This document shows positions 8,266 through 17,700 of a DNA stretch of 64,000 nucleotides, piece by piece. The position numbers and the translations under genes are program-made. Numbering within the stretch: the first letter of the stretch is position 1; each line of letters starts with the position of its first letter. The notes beneath the pieces were generated by a model. It was not told where the DNA came from. It worked only from the letters and a program-made list of their open reading frames with translations, and did not search any database. Origin of the DNA: a bacterium (lineage in GTDB: Bacteria > Zixibacteria > MSB-5A5 > GN15 > FEB-12); NCBI GenBank assembly GCA_043811375.1, contig JBDRNJ010000004.1:64001-128000 (forward strand). Direction: 5' to 3'.

Positions 8266-9147
8266 ATGACAGAACAAACAATCACCAGGCCGGATGAGAT
8301 CAAGCGAGTGATTAAGCTGATGGGTTCGCGTCAACTACCGCTGTCACGGCCACTTATAATGGGCGTGCTTAATGTGACGCCCGATTCTTTTTCCGATGGC
8401 GGCCGTTTTCTTTCCGTATCCGATGCCGTGAATCGAGGTCTGCAAATGGCCGCCGAGGGTGCGGATATCATTGATATCGGCGGTGAATCCAGCCGACCGG
8501 GCGCCCAACCGGTCACTGCCAAAGAAGAACAGCGGCGCGTTTTGCCGGTAATCGAGAACCTGCGCCGGGAAACCGACCTGCCGATATCCATTGATACCTA
8601 CCACGCTGCGACAGCCGAGGCGGCTCTTGATACCGGGGCTGATATCGTCAACGACATCTCGGCGCTGCGTTTTGACACACAAATGGCCCCCCTGGTGGCC
8701 GAGCGAAAAGTACCCCTGGTGCTGATGCACATGTTAGGCACACCGCGTGATATGCAGAACGATCCCCATTACGACAACTGTGTTGACGAGATTGTCCAAT
8801 TCTTTGAGGAACGCATCAGCTTTTGTCGTCAGAACGGTATCGATAAGTCGAAACTGATTCTGGATCCGGGCATCGGCTTCGGCAAGCGACTGGGCGACAA
8901 CCTCCTGATCCTGTCGAGTTTGGGCGAATTCAAGCGGTTTTCTCTGCCCCTGCTGGTGGGCACGTCGCGCAAGTCATTCATTGGCATGATTAACGCCATC
9001 GACAGCCCCGCCGACCAACGGCTGGGCGGTTCGCTGGCGGCGGCGGTGGTTGCGGTAATCAACGGAGCTAATATCGTCCGGGTACATGACCTGGCTGAGA
9101 CGGTCGAGGCCATTAAAGTGATCCAGGCTATCAGGAAAACGGTATGA
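8266..9147 (+). CDS. folP: Dihydropteroate synthase
   Basis: MGVLNVTPDSFSDGG, DIGGESSRPG, LDPGIGFGK, GTSRKSF, VRVHD; ATG 8266 after GAGG. Confidence 0.96.
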   Translation: MTEQTITRPDEIKRVIKLMGSRQLPLSRPLIMGVLNVTPDSFSDGGRFLSVSDAVNRGLQMAAEGADIIDIGGESSRPGAQPVTAKEEQRRVLPVIENLRRETDLPISIDTYHAATAEAALDTGADIVNDISALRFDTQMAPLVAERKVPLVLMHMLGTPRDMQNDPHYDNCVDEIVQFFEERISFCRQNGIDKSKLILDPGIGFGKRLGDNLLILSSLGEFKRFSLPLLVGTSRKSFIGMINAIDSPADQRLGGSLAAAVVAVINGANIVRVHDLAETVEAIKVIQAIRKTV

Positions 9148-9905
9148 CTCTTTTTCAGTACGATTTTATCCACTTCGGGCTAAAGGATCTGCTCGATGTA
9201 CTGCTGGTTTCATTTATCATCTACCAGGTACTCAAACTGATGAAAGGCACCCGATCGGCGCAGATTATTATCGGCCTGTTTCTCATATTCGGCGTCGCGT
9301 TTATTGCCTACTGGTTTCAACTGGAAGGCCTGACCTGGCTGTTTTCCAACCTGGCTACTTTCGGGTTGATTGTCCTGGTAGTGGTTTTCCAGCCGGAACT
9401 TCGGGGGGTTCTGGCTCAACTTGGCCAGAGCCGGCTGTTGAGACGGTTCGTCAGGCTGGAACACCGCAAGTCGCTGGAGGAGGTTTCCCGGGCTACAATA
9501 CGGCTGGCGGAGTTGAGTTATGGAGGTCTGATCGTAATTGAGGGCCGTACCGGACTGCGTAATTTCACTGAGTCCGGCAAGGAAATGAACTCCGAACTTT
9601 CCTGGGAAGTACTCGTCACCCTTTTTACACCCTACACACCGCTCCATGATGGCGCCGCCATTATTTCCGGAGACTTTATCACCGCCGCAGCGGCGTCGTT
9701 ACCGCTGACGACCAATCTGCGTTACCGCAAGCTCTACGGTATGCGCCACAAAGCGGCCATAGGCGTTTCGGAGGTATCCGACGCGGTAGTGGTGGTGATT
9801 TCTGAAGAAACCGGCAAAATTTCAATCGCCTATGAAGGTGTTCTTGATTCGGATATCCCCCCATCGGAGTTCAAGGAGAAGCTGGCCAGGTACCTGGCGA
9901 AGTGA
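9144..9905 (+). CDS. cdaA: Diadenylate cyclase CdaA/DacA
   Basis: Three N-terminal TM helices, VFQPELR, PLHDGA, GMRHKAA, VISEETG; overlaps folP stop. Confidence 0.93.
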   Translation: MTLFQYDFIHFGLKDLLDVLLVSFIIYQVLKLMKGTRSAQIIIGLFLIFGVAFIAYWFQLEGLTWLFSNLATFGLIVLVVVFQPELRGVLAQLGQSRLLRRFVRLEHRKSLEEVSRATIRLAELSYGGLIVIEGRTGLRNFTESGKEMNSELSWEVLVTLFTPYTPLHDGAAIISGDFITAAAASLPLTTNLRYRKLYGMRHKAAIGVSEVSDAVVVVISEETGKISIAYEGVLDSDIPPSEFKEKLARYLAK

Positions 9906-10096
9906 CCTCGTAATCTGAAATCCGTTCTGCCCCCCCCCGCAGAAAAGACTTGTAAATGGTATCAAATCATCCTATTTTTATTAGCAGGATGTGTAAAATA
10001 CAACGTAATCAAGCAGGCAATAGCCGTCGGGGCACCCCTCAACTCAGACGGCATCTCCGATTTTCACTGTAACCTCAGACAACCAGATTGAGTAAC

Positions 10097-12034
10097 ATGA
10101 CAGACAAATCATCAAATGTAGTTCTTTTATTGATTTTGGCCGGGATCATAGTCGGCGTAGCGTTAGGGTACTTTCTACCTGGTGTGATGTTAGCTACAGC
10201 CTTTATTGGTGGGCTCTTTTTGAGCGCTCTGCAATTAGTCGCTATTCCTCTGGCGGCGGCAGCCATCATCGCCGCTATCGGCTCGATGAGCCAGGTCCGT
10301 CAGGTAGGTCGTCCTCTGGCAGCGGCATTCATATACTTTCTGGGTACTTCAGTCATTGCGGCCGGTATCGGAATAGTGCTGTCGCTCGTATTACAGCCCG
10401 GCTGGGGGGCCAACGCCGCCAACGCCGTGACACCCAGGGCGGTCTTCGACATGACGGGCGTAGGTATCTCGGATTTTCTGATGCCACTGGTGCCGACCAG
10501 CTTCCCAGGAGCTTTTGTCGAGGGACATTACCTGGGCATTATCATTTTTTCATTCTTATTCGGGGGCATTCTGGCCACTCTGGGCAGGCAGGGAAAAGTA
10601 GTACAGGACATTGTCATCGTTGTCAGAGATATTCTCATCCGGTTGGTCTATTTGCTGCTTTATGCCGCGCCGATCGGACTCCTGTCGGTGGTGGGTGTCG
10701 CCATAGCGCTGAACCCGCAATCTCTGCCCCGACTTTCAGGCGACCTGGCCTACTACGTTCTGGCTGTGGGCGGTGGCATGCTGTTACTCCTGGTGATCGT
10801 GTTGCCGTTGGTGTTGTGGCTGGTAACCAAACGATCACCGCTGACGTACTTTGTCAACCTGGTGCCGGCGCTCGGTACCGCCCTGGCTACCGGTTCTTCG
10901 GTGGCGGCTTTCCCGGCGACCTACACCGGAGTAGTTGAAAAAAACAAGGTTGACAGCCGGGCCGGTGCGATAGCCCTGCCGCTGGGCATGGTACTCAACC
11001 TCAACGGCATGGCTCTGGGACTTGTAGTGGGCGCCTTTTTTGTGGCTCAGGTCTTTGGGATGAGCCTGTCAGCCGTCCAGATATTGATTGTCGCCGCTAC
11101 GGCGGTTTTGGTTTCGTTCGGTTCGGCCTCGATTCCACACGCCGGTATTTTGTTATTGGTAGTAGTGCTGCGTGCCGCCGGTTTTCCGCCGGAGGCGTAC
11201 ACCGCAATCGGACTGATAGTGCTTGTCGACTGGCTGTTGAGCCGGTTTCGCGCCGTTATCAACGTCTGGGGTGACGCCGTCGGAGCCGCCGTGACGGCAT
11301 CAATCATGGCACCACCGAAAGCCGTCCGGAAAAGCCCGGTGCGTTCACCATCACGCAAAGCTCCGGCTGCTCGCTCCGATACCAGGAGAACTCAACCGAC
11401 ACCGCAGAGAAGTCACTCCGGATCATTCGACAGAAGGGACCGCCCTCCGCGCGGGCGCAGTTCGGATACCAGGGATAGTGAAAGGTCTCGGCATCAAAGA
11501 CCATCAGACCGCGGCGAACAGCGCCGGCCGGGTGGATCGCGGCCACAGTCTCCCGCTAAAAGAGAACAGAGGCCATCGGCTCCTGTCCGAAACGGCGCGG
11601 CTGCAGGAAGTACGTCGGACAGAGACAAAAAGACATCGCCGACACCAATTGCCGGCAATCATCAGCCGAGTCCGGCCGTCGCCGAACAACCTCCACGGTT
11701 CTCTTCGTCGGAGGTAACCGGATTGCCGGCCGATATCAGCCCCAACAACCACTCGGACACCCGGGACCGCAACTCGAAGGTTGACGACCACGCCCCGGAT
11801 ACAACAGCCACTCAGGAACCGGTCGCGATGTCTGTCGATAAGGAGGCTGATAGTCCTGCAGAATCGCCAACTCCGAAGTTCGGGCGTCTCAAAGCGCGCC
11901 GTGGCCGGGCGGTTAAGAATTCCTCCGACCCCACGACCACTTCTGAGGACAGCAGCTCTGACAATGGAGTCCGGGAAGAATTTTCTTCTGAAGACATAAC
12001 ATTCGGACGCCAGAAGAAAAAGCGGACACGGTAG
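10097..12034 (+). CDS. Dicarboxylate/amino acid:cation symporter (DAACS) with long disordered C-terminal tail
   Basis: ATGSSVAAFP (HP1), LPLGMVLNLNG (TM7), DWLLSRFRAVINVWGD (TM8), then about 240 aa rich in R/S/P/D. Confidence 0.85.
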   Translation: MTDKSSNVVLLLILAGIIVGVALGYFLPGVMLATAFIGGLFLSALQLVAIPLAAAAIIAAIGSMSQVRQVGRPLAAAFIYFLGTSVIAAGIGIVLSLVLQPGWGANAANAVTPRAVFDMTGVGISDFLMPLVPTSFPGAFVEGHYLGIIIFSFLFGGILATLGRQGKVVQDIVIVVRDILIRLVYLLLYAAPIGLLSVVGVAIALNPQSLPRLSGDLAYYVLAVGGGMLLLLVIVLPLVLWLVTKRSPLTYFVNLVPALGTALATGSSVAAFPATYTGVVEKNKVDSRAGAIALPLGMVLNLNGMALGLVVGAFFVAQVFGMSLSAVQILIVAATAVLVSFGSASIPHAGILLLVVVLRAAGFPPEAYTAIGLIVLVDWLLSRFRAVINVWGDAVGAAVTASIMAPPKAVRKSPVRSPSRKAPAARSDTRRTQPTPQRSHSGSFDRRDRPPRGRSSDTRDSERSRHQRPSDRGEQRRPGGSRPQSPAKREQRPSAPVRNGAAAGSTSDRDKKTSPTPIAGNHQPSPAVAEQPPRFSSSEVTGLPADISPNNHSDTRDRNSKVDDHAPDTTATQEPVAMSVDKEADSPAESPTPKFGRLKARRGRAVKNSSDPTTTSEDSSSDNGVREEFSSEDITFGRQKKKRTR

Positions 12035-12286
12035 GCCAATCAGGCATATCGTTTTGTAACCGGCCCCCACCTACTCATCCGGTCGCATGGGGCACCGGAC
12101 AACTTCCATGAGGGAACTTTCCATCGGGCGTTACGATATACACTATATATGCAGACAAAAACTGTTGACCGATCAACGGACCGCGCCTTAACTTTCCTGT
12201 GCTTAGGCTGAGCGGGAAATGTTGCTTCACCTGACAGCTGGACGCACCGTCAGCAACTGAATGATAGTATTGAGGCGGATGAAAGA

Positions 12287-13153
12287 ATGAACAGTTTCAA
12301 AGTTTTCGGTCTGATGCTGGCCCTGATGCTTGTTTTCGCCTGGGTCGGCTATGCTTTTGCCGGGCAAAACGGCATGGTGACGGCCCTGGTGCTGGCCTGC
12401 GTGATGAATTTCTTCTCCTACTGGTTTTCGGACAGATTAGTACTGAAGATGTATCGCGCCCGTAAAATTAGCGAGAGCGATCATCCCCGGCTGTACCGGG
12501 TTGTAAGTCGGATTACCTCACAGGCAATGATCCCCATGCCCGGTGTGTATATCGTACCGAATAAAGCCCCCAACGCTTTTGCCACCGGTCGCAATGTGGA
12601 ACATGCCGCGGTGGCCGTCACCGAAGGACTTCTGGAGATACTTACCGAGGAAGAACTGGAGGGCGTTATCGGACATGAAATAGCCCACATCCTGAACAAG
12701 GACATGTTGATCGGCACAGTGGCGGCGACCCTCGCCGGAGCCATCGGAATCCTGGCCGCCATCGCCCGCTGGGGCGCGCTCCTGGGCGGATACGGTCGCG
12801 ATAACAGCCGCGGCGGTGGGATCGGGTTGTTGGTGGCGGCTATAGTCGCACCATTGGTGGCAATTGTCATCCAGACGGCTATATCCCGACAACGTGAGTA
12901 CAAAGCTGACGCCGAAGGAGGGCGTTTGACTGGCAAATATCACCAACTGGCATCGGCACTGACAAAACTTCACCGATCCCCGGTTCGTCTCAACCTTGAC
13001 AGAAAACCGGCCACGGCCCACTTGATGATAGCCAATCCGCTGTCGGGTAGAGGCTTGTCATCGCTGTTTTCAACCCACCCACCGGTGGAAAAACGGATCA
13101 AGAATCTGCACCGACTGGCCCAACAATCCATCTATGGCGATTATGATCAATAA
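12287..13153 (+). CDS. htpX: Zinc metalloprotease HtpX
   Basis: PNAFATGR, GVIGHEIAH (HExxH), SRQREYKAD, LFSTHPP. Confidence 0.95.
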   Translation: MNSFKVFGLMLALMLVFAWVGYAFAGQNGMVTALVLACVMNFFSYWFSDRLVLKMYRARKISESDHPRLYRVVSRITSQAMIPMPGVYIVPNKAPNAFATGRNVEHAAVAVTEGLLEILTEEELEGVIGHEIAHILNKDMLIGTVAATLAGAIGILAAIARWGALLGGYGRDNSRGGGIGLLVAAIVAPLVAIVIQTAISRQREYKADAEGGRLTGKYHQLASALTKLHRSPVRLNLDRKPATAHLMIANPLSGRGLSSLFSTHPPVEKRIKNLHRLAQQSIYGDYDQ

Positions 13154-13207
13154 CAGTCTCGACCGACGATCGATCTCACCATGATGCCGTCAGAGATGCC
13201 ATAGTAT

Positions 13208-14527
13208 ATGGACTCGCGACTACTGCTGGAACTGCTGGCGATTCTGTTGCTGATTATCGCCAATGGATTTTTCGCTCTGAGTGAATTCTCTGTTATTGCC
13301 AGCCGCAAGAGCCGCCTGCGACAGAAGGTGTCTCAGGGAAAACTGGGCGCGGCCCGAGCCGCAAAGTTGCATGATCAACCAGACAAGTTTCTGGCCACGA
13401 TCCAGGTAGGAATCACCCTGTTCGGTACCGTGGCGGGAGTACTGGGCGGCGCTACAATTGTCGACCGGCTGACGCCGATTATTGAGCGGGTCCCTCTTGA
13501 ATTTATGTCCCGCGTAGCCTCGCTGTTGGCCGTCGCGCTGGTAGCCGTGGTGATCACTATAGTCGCGGTAATTATCGGTGAACTGGTTCCAAAATACCTG
13601 GCCTTGTCGAACCCGGAGAAATTTGCCCGGCTAACAGCCGTGCCCATCACAGTCTTCATCCGGCTGACATCTTCGATCACCTGGTTGCTCAGTGGTGCCG
13701 CACGTCTGGTGCTGAGGTTCTTCGGTGTCGCTCGTTCTTCCGCCCAATCACTGATCACGGAAGAAGAGATCAACCTGATGATCGATGACGGCCGCAAGAA
13801 AGGGGTTTTTGATGATATCGAGGAGAAACTGATCAAATCCGTCTTTGACTTTGCCGACTCCACGGTGCGTCGCGCCATGACTCCTCGAACAGACATTATC
13901 GGTATCCGTATGGATACGCCCCCGGATAAAATCATCGACATTATCATCGAGCACGGCCATGGCCGGTACCCGGTATATACCGAGAGTATCGACTACGTCA
14001 GTGGCGTGCTGTTCACCAAGGACCTTATCATCCACCAGAAGTTGAATCCACAACAGATTATTCTGAAGGATATTCTGCGGCCGGCGGTGTTCGTACCGGA
14101 CTCGATGCCGCTGGCCCGACTGTTGCGTGATTTCCAGCGCAAGAAAAACCAGTTGGCGATAGTACTCGACGAATTCGGCGGCACGGAAGGTATCGTGACT
14201 CTGGAGGATATACTGGAGGAACTGGTGGGAGAAATCCAGGATGAAGACGAAGCCGGGTTGACTCCACTGGTGAAACACTCCGAAACGATTGCCTTTGCCG
14301 ACGGCACCGTGTGGCCGGGAGCGGTAAACGAACTGATGGACAGCCAACTGCCGGAAAACAGGGCCGAAACTCTGGCGGGTCTGGTAATTGACCAACTCGG
14401 CCGTCTACCGGAAAAGAATGAAACGGTGGTCATAGCCGATATGCAGATAAGAATACTGGAACGCCAACACCACCGGATAACGCGACTGAAGCTTGAGAAA
14501 ATCACTCGCGAGGACCATCAGCATTGA
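13208..14527 (+). CDS. Hemolysin-family CNNM/CBS/CorC transporter-associated protein
   Basis: NGFFALSEF, FLATIQVGIT, GELVPK, MTPRTDI, LDEFGGTEGIVTLEDILEELVGEI. Confidence 0.92.
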   Translation: MDSRLLLELLAILLLIIANGFFALSEFSVIASRKSRLRQKVSQGKLGAARAAKLHDQPDKFLATIQVGITLFGTVAGVLGGATIVDRLTPIIERVPLEFMSRVASLLAVALVAVVITIVAVIIGELVPKYLALSNPEKFARLTAVPITVFIRLTSSITWLLSGAARLVLRFFGVARSSAQSLITEEEINLMIDDGRKKGVFDDIEEKLIKSVFDFADSTVRRAMTPRTDIIGIRMDTPPDKIIDIIIEHGHGRYPVYTESIDYVSGVLFTKDLIIHQKLNPQQIILKDILRPAVFVPDSMPLARLLRDFQRKKNQLAIVLDEFGGTEGIVTLEDILEELVGEIQDEDEAGLTPLVKHSETIAFADGTVWPGAVNELMDSQLPENRAETLAGLVIDQLGRLPEKNETVVIADMQIRILERQHHRITRLKLEKITREDHQH

Positions 14528-14564
14528 CCGGTCTTGCCGACGTTTCAGGATAAAGGACAAGGTT

Positions 14565-15245
14565 TTGCAGATACTGTCATTCATCCGGCAGGTAGTCGAG
14601 ACACCCCTGGGCTGGACCCGTCAACTTTACGACTGGGTACTCAAATGGGGAGAATCGCGCCACGGTGCCACGGCTTTGTTTTTTCTCTCAATGGCTGAAG
14701 CATCCTTTTTCCCGGTGCCGCCGGACGCGCTGTTGATCGCTCTTTGTATGGGTGCCTGGCGGAAGTGGTTCCGCTTCGCCCTGGTCTGTTCGCTGGGATC
14801 GATTGTGGGCGGTGTACTGGGTTACCTGATCGGTCACTGGGCTTTCGACCTGGTCGGCGAGAAAATCCTCTCCCTGATTGCTTCACTATCCGGCAGTGAT
14901 CCCCAGCAACTGCTGGCCCAGGCCGAGTACTGGTTCAACGACAAGCAGGTGTGGGGAATGAAGATCGGCGCCTGGGCGGTCGGTATCGCCGGCTTCACAC
15001 CAATTCCGTACAAGGTATTTACAATCGCGGCCGGTTTTTTCCATATGAGTTTTGCCGTCTTCCTGGCAGCCTCTGCCATAAGCCGTTCACTTCGTTTTTT
15101 CCTGGTGGCCGGGCTGATCGGTTTGCTCTACAAGCGGTTCGGAGACAGGATACAGGAAACCATCGACCGCTATTTCAACATTCTTGCCGTAGCCTTTGTG
15201 ATCCTGCTGCTGGCCGGATTCTGGACAATCGGTCAAATCAAGTGA
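14565..15245 (+). CDS. DedA/YqaA family membrane protein
   Basis: AEASFFPVPPD, GFTPIPYKVFTIAAG, SRSLRF; TTG start at 14565 after AAGGA inferred. Confidence 0.88.
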   Translation: MQILSFIRQVVETPLGWTRQLYDWVLKWGESRHGATALFFLSMAEASFFPVPPDALLIALCMGAWRKWFRFALVCSLGSIVGGVLGYLIGHWAFDLVGEKILSLIASLSGSDPQQLLAQAEYWFNDKQVWGMKIGAWAVGIAGFTPIPYKVFTIAAGFFHMSFAVFLAASAISRSLRFFLVAGLIGLLYKRFGDRIQETIDRYFNILAVAFVILLLAGFWTIGQIK

Positions 15246-15363
15246 CACTGAGGACAAACTTGACCCTGCAAATGCAGAAGATTACCGTACAGTTGACGAA
15301 TCTTTGTTCCGAGAATCACTGTTATGTAGATATGCGCGGAAACAGAATTTGGTGTTAACAACT

Positions 15364-16281
15364 ATGGCTGATGCTCACAAATACAACAGAGTTTCCGGTC
15401 GTCGCCTGTTCTGGGTGATCCTGTTCAACCTCGGAATCACTGCGGCCGAGGTGATCGGCGGCCTGCTTTCCGGATACCTGGCCCTGCTGGCCGACGCGAT
15501 TCACAATTTAGCCGATGTAGCCGCTTTAGGGCTAGCCTGGCTGGGAGTAAAGGGTTCCGAGAAACCGGCCACCAAGAAATCCACCTACGGCTTCAAACGG
15601 GTCGAAGTGATGACGGCCCTAATATCAGCCGTAGCCCTGGTTGTGATAGCTATTTTTATCCTCATTGAAGCCTACCATCGGTTGCGGAATCCCGTTCCCA
15701 TCACCGCGCCGGTCCTGTTTTTGTCGGTGGCCGTAATCGGTCTGTTGGGCAACATCCTGTCAATCGTGTTCCTGTACTCCGAGAAAGGTAAGTCGCTTAA
15801 CATGAAGACGGCTTTCCTCCACATGGCCTATGATGCCACCTCCTCGGTAATAGTCATCCTGGGCGGGCTGGTCATTCTTTTCACCGGCTGGTACACTATA
15901 GACGTCATTCTGTCGGCTGCCATCGCCCTGATGATTTTCTGGTCCTCCTATCTGGTGATTAAGGAAGCGGTGATGATCTTCCTGGAGGCGGTACCACGGG
16001 GTGTTGATTTCGATGCCGTCCTGGGAGCCATCATGGAAGTGCCGAAGGTGCACGACGTGCATGACCTGCATATCTGGTCGCTGTCATCTAATGAGATAGC
16101 ACTATCCTGTCACGTTGCTATCGAACAGAAAGATTTTGACACGGGACCCGCCATTATCGTAGCTATTAACCAAATGTTGAAGGAGCGGTTTCATATCGGG
16201 CATCCCACGATACAGATCGAGCACCATGACTGCAATCGACCGGACCTGCTGTGTCGATACAAGGATCATCGATGGGAGTGA
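15364..16281 (+). CDS. Cation diffusion facilitator (CzcD/ZitB-like)
   Basis: LALLADAIHNLAD, TYGFKRVE, AFLHMAYD, VHDLHIWSL, HPTIQIE. Confidence 0.93.
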   Translation: MADAHKYNRVSGRRLFWVILFNLGITAAEVIGGLLSGYLALLADAIHNLADVAALGLAWLGVKGSEKPATKKSTYGFKRVEVMTALISAVALVVIAIFILIEAYHRLRNPVPITAPVLFLSVAVIGLLGNILSIVFLYSEKGKSLNMKTAFLHMAYDATSSVIVILGGLVILFTGWYTIDVILSAAIALMIFWSSYLVIKEAVMIFLEAVPRGVDFDAVLGAIMEVPKVHDVHDLHIWSLSSNEIALSCHVAIEQKDFDTGPAIIVAINQMLKERFHIGHPTIQIEHHDCNRPDLLCRYKDHRWE

Positions 16282-17639
16282 GTGTGGACGGCAAACTGAT
16301 CGAACTGGAGATTGTCGATCTGGCTTTTGACGGCAAAGCGGTCGCCCACCTGGACGGGAAAGTTGTCTTTTTGCGAGGCGGCCTGCCCGGTGAAACGGTG
16401 CTGGCTGAAATCACCCGCTCCCGTTCCCGTTACAGTGACGGCATCGTGCGACAGATTCTCAAACCTTCGCCATGCCGGGTTGAGGCAGTGTGTTCACATT
16501 TCCGGCAGTGCGGCGGCTGCACCTGGCAGGACCTGGCCTATCCGGATCAACTGGGGTTCAAGAAAAAGCAGGTAGTCGACTGCCTGAAGCGTATCGGTAA
16601 ACTGGAAGACGTCACGGTTCATGACGTGGTCGGCTCGGTGGAGTTGTTTTATTACCGCAACAAGATGGAGTTTTCGTTCCACACCGTCGACCCCGATCAT
16701 TTTCACCTGGGTCTGCATTCGCGCGGCCGCTATGACGACATCTTTGATCTGAAACAATGTTACCTGCAGTCACCGGAATGTAATGAGATAGTACGATGGC
16801 TACGGGAATTTGTCGCATGCAAAAAGATATCAGTATATGACGTCAGGCAGCACACCGGTTACATGCGGTTTCTGATGATCCGTCAGGCCAAAAGACAACC
16901 GCATCTGCTGGTCAATATCGTCACCAACTATGGTGAGATACCGGCTCGCGATGAACTGGTGCGGGGTCTGACAGCAGCCTGTCCTGAGGTTACTACCATT
17001 GTCCACAACCAGAACGGAAAGCGGGCGAATATCGCCACCGGGGAAATCGAATCCGTTCTGCTGGGAAGCGGTTACATTGAGGAAAAGATGTTCAGCAGCA
17101 TATTTCGCATCCGGGCCAATTCCTTTTTTCAAACCAACTCCATCCAAACCGAAACTCTGTATCGTACCGCGTTTGACGTTCTCAACCCTGACCCCAGGGA
17201 CCGCGTACTGGACCTCTATTGCGGCACCGGCTCTATCGGTATTCTTATCGCACCGTATGTCCAGCAGGTGGTGGGAGTCGAACTGGTGGGCGAAGCGGTT
17301 GAGACGGCCCGCGAAAACGCCGCCCTGAACAAGATAACCAACATCACTTTCGAACAGAGTACCGTCAGGGATTTCCTGAAGAACCTGCCGGCCGGACCCG
17401 ATAGCTTTGACATCGTCATTGTCGATCCACCGCGAGCCGGCCTGCACCCCAAGGCGCTGCCACGTATTCTGAAATTGAAACCGAAAAAGATACTGTACAT
17501 TTCCTGCAATCCGGCAACTTTCGCCCGCGACGCGCGGTCGCTTGTCAACCAGGGCTATCGGTTACCGGACGTAAGACCGATTGACATGTTTCCACACACC
17601 ATGCACATCGAACTGGTGGGGGTTTTTTATGCTGATTAG
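16278..17639 (+). CDS. rlmD: 23S rRNA (uracil-1939-C5)-methyltransferase
   Basis: TRAM domain, C..F..CGGC Fe-S motif, YRNKMEF, SFFQTN, DLYCGTG, DPPRAG, YISCNP, DMFPHT; GTGA overlap with CDF stop. Confidence 0.93.
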   Translation: MSVDGKLIELEIVDLAFDGKAVAHLDGKVVFLRGGLPGETVLAEITRSRSRYSDGIVRQILKPSPCRVEAVCSHFRQCGGCTWQDLAYPDQLGFKKKQVVDCLKRIGKLEDVTVHDVVGSVELFYYRNKMEFSFHTVDPDHFHLGLHSRGRYDDIFDLKQCYLQSPECNEIVRWLREFVACKKISVYDVRQHTGYMRFLMIRQAKRQPHLLVNIVTNYGEIPARDELVRGLTAACPEVTTIVHNQNGKRANIATGEIESVLLGSGYIEEKMFSSIFRIRANSFFQTNSIQTETLYRTAFDVLNPDPRDRVLDLYCGTGSIGILIAPYVQQVVGVELVGEAVETARENAALNKITNITFEQSTVRDFLKNLPAGPDSFDIVIVDPPRAGLHPKALPRILKLKPKKILYISCNPATFARDARSLVNQGYRLPDVRPIDMFPHTMHIELVGVFYAD

Positions 17640-17700
17640 CGGGCCGGTTACCGCCCTCAGGCGAAAAACCAACTACCGGATGACCCGGGGAGGAATAACA

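Noticed and set aside
9960..10090. Glycine or other riboswitch before the DAACS gene
   Set aside because: Only one short hairpin (GCCGTC..GACGGC) and no recognisable aptamer consensus
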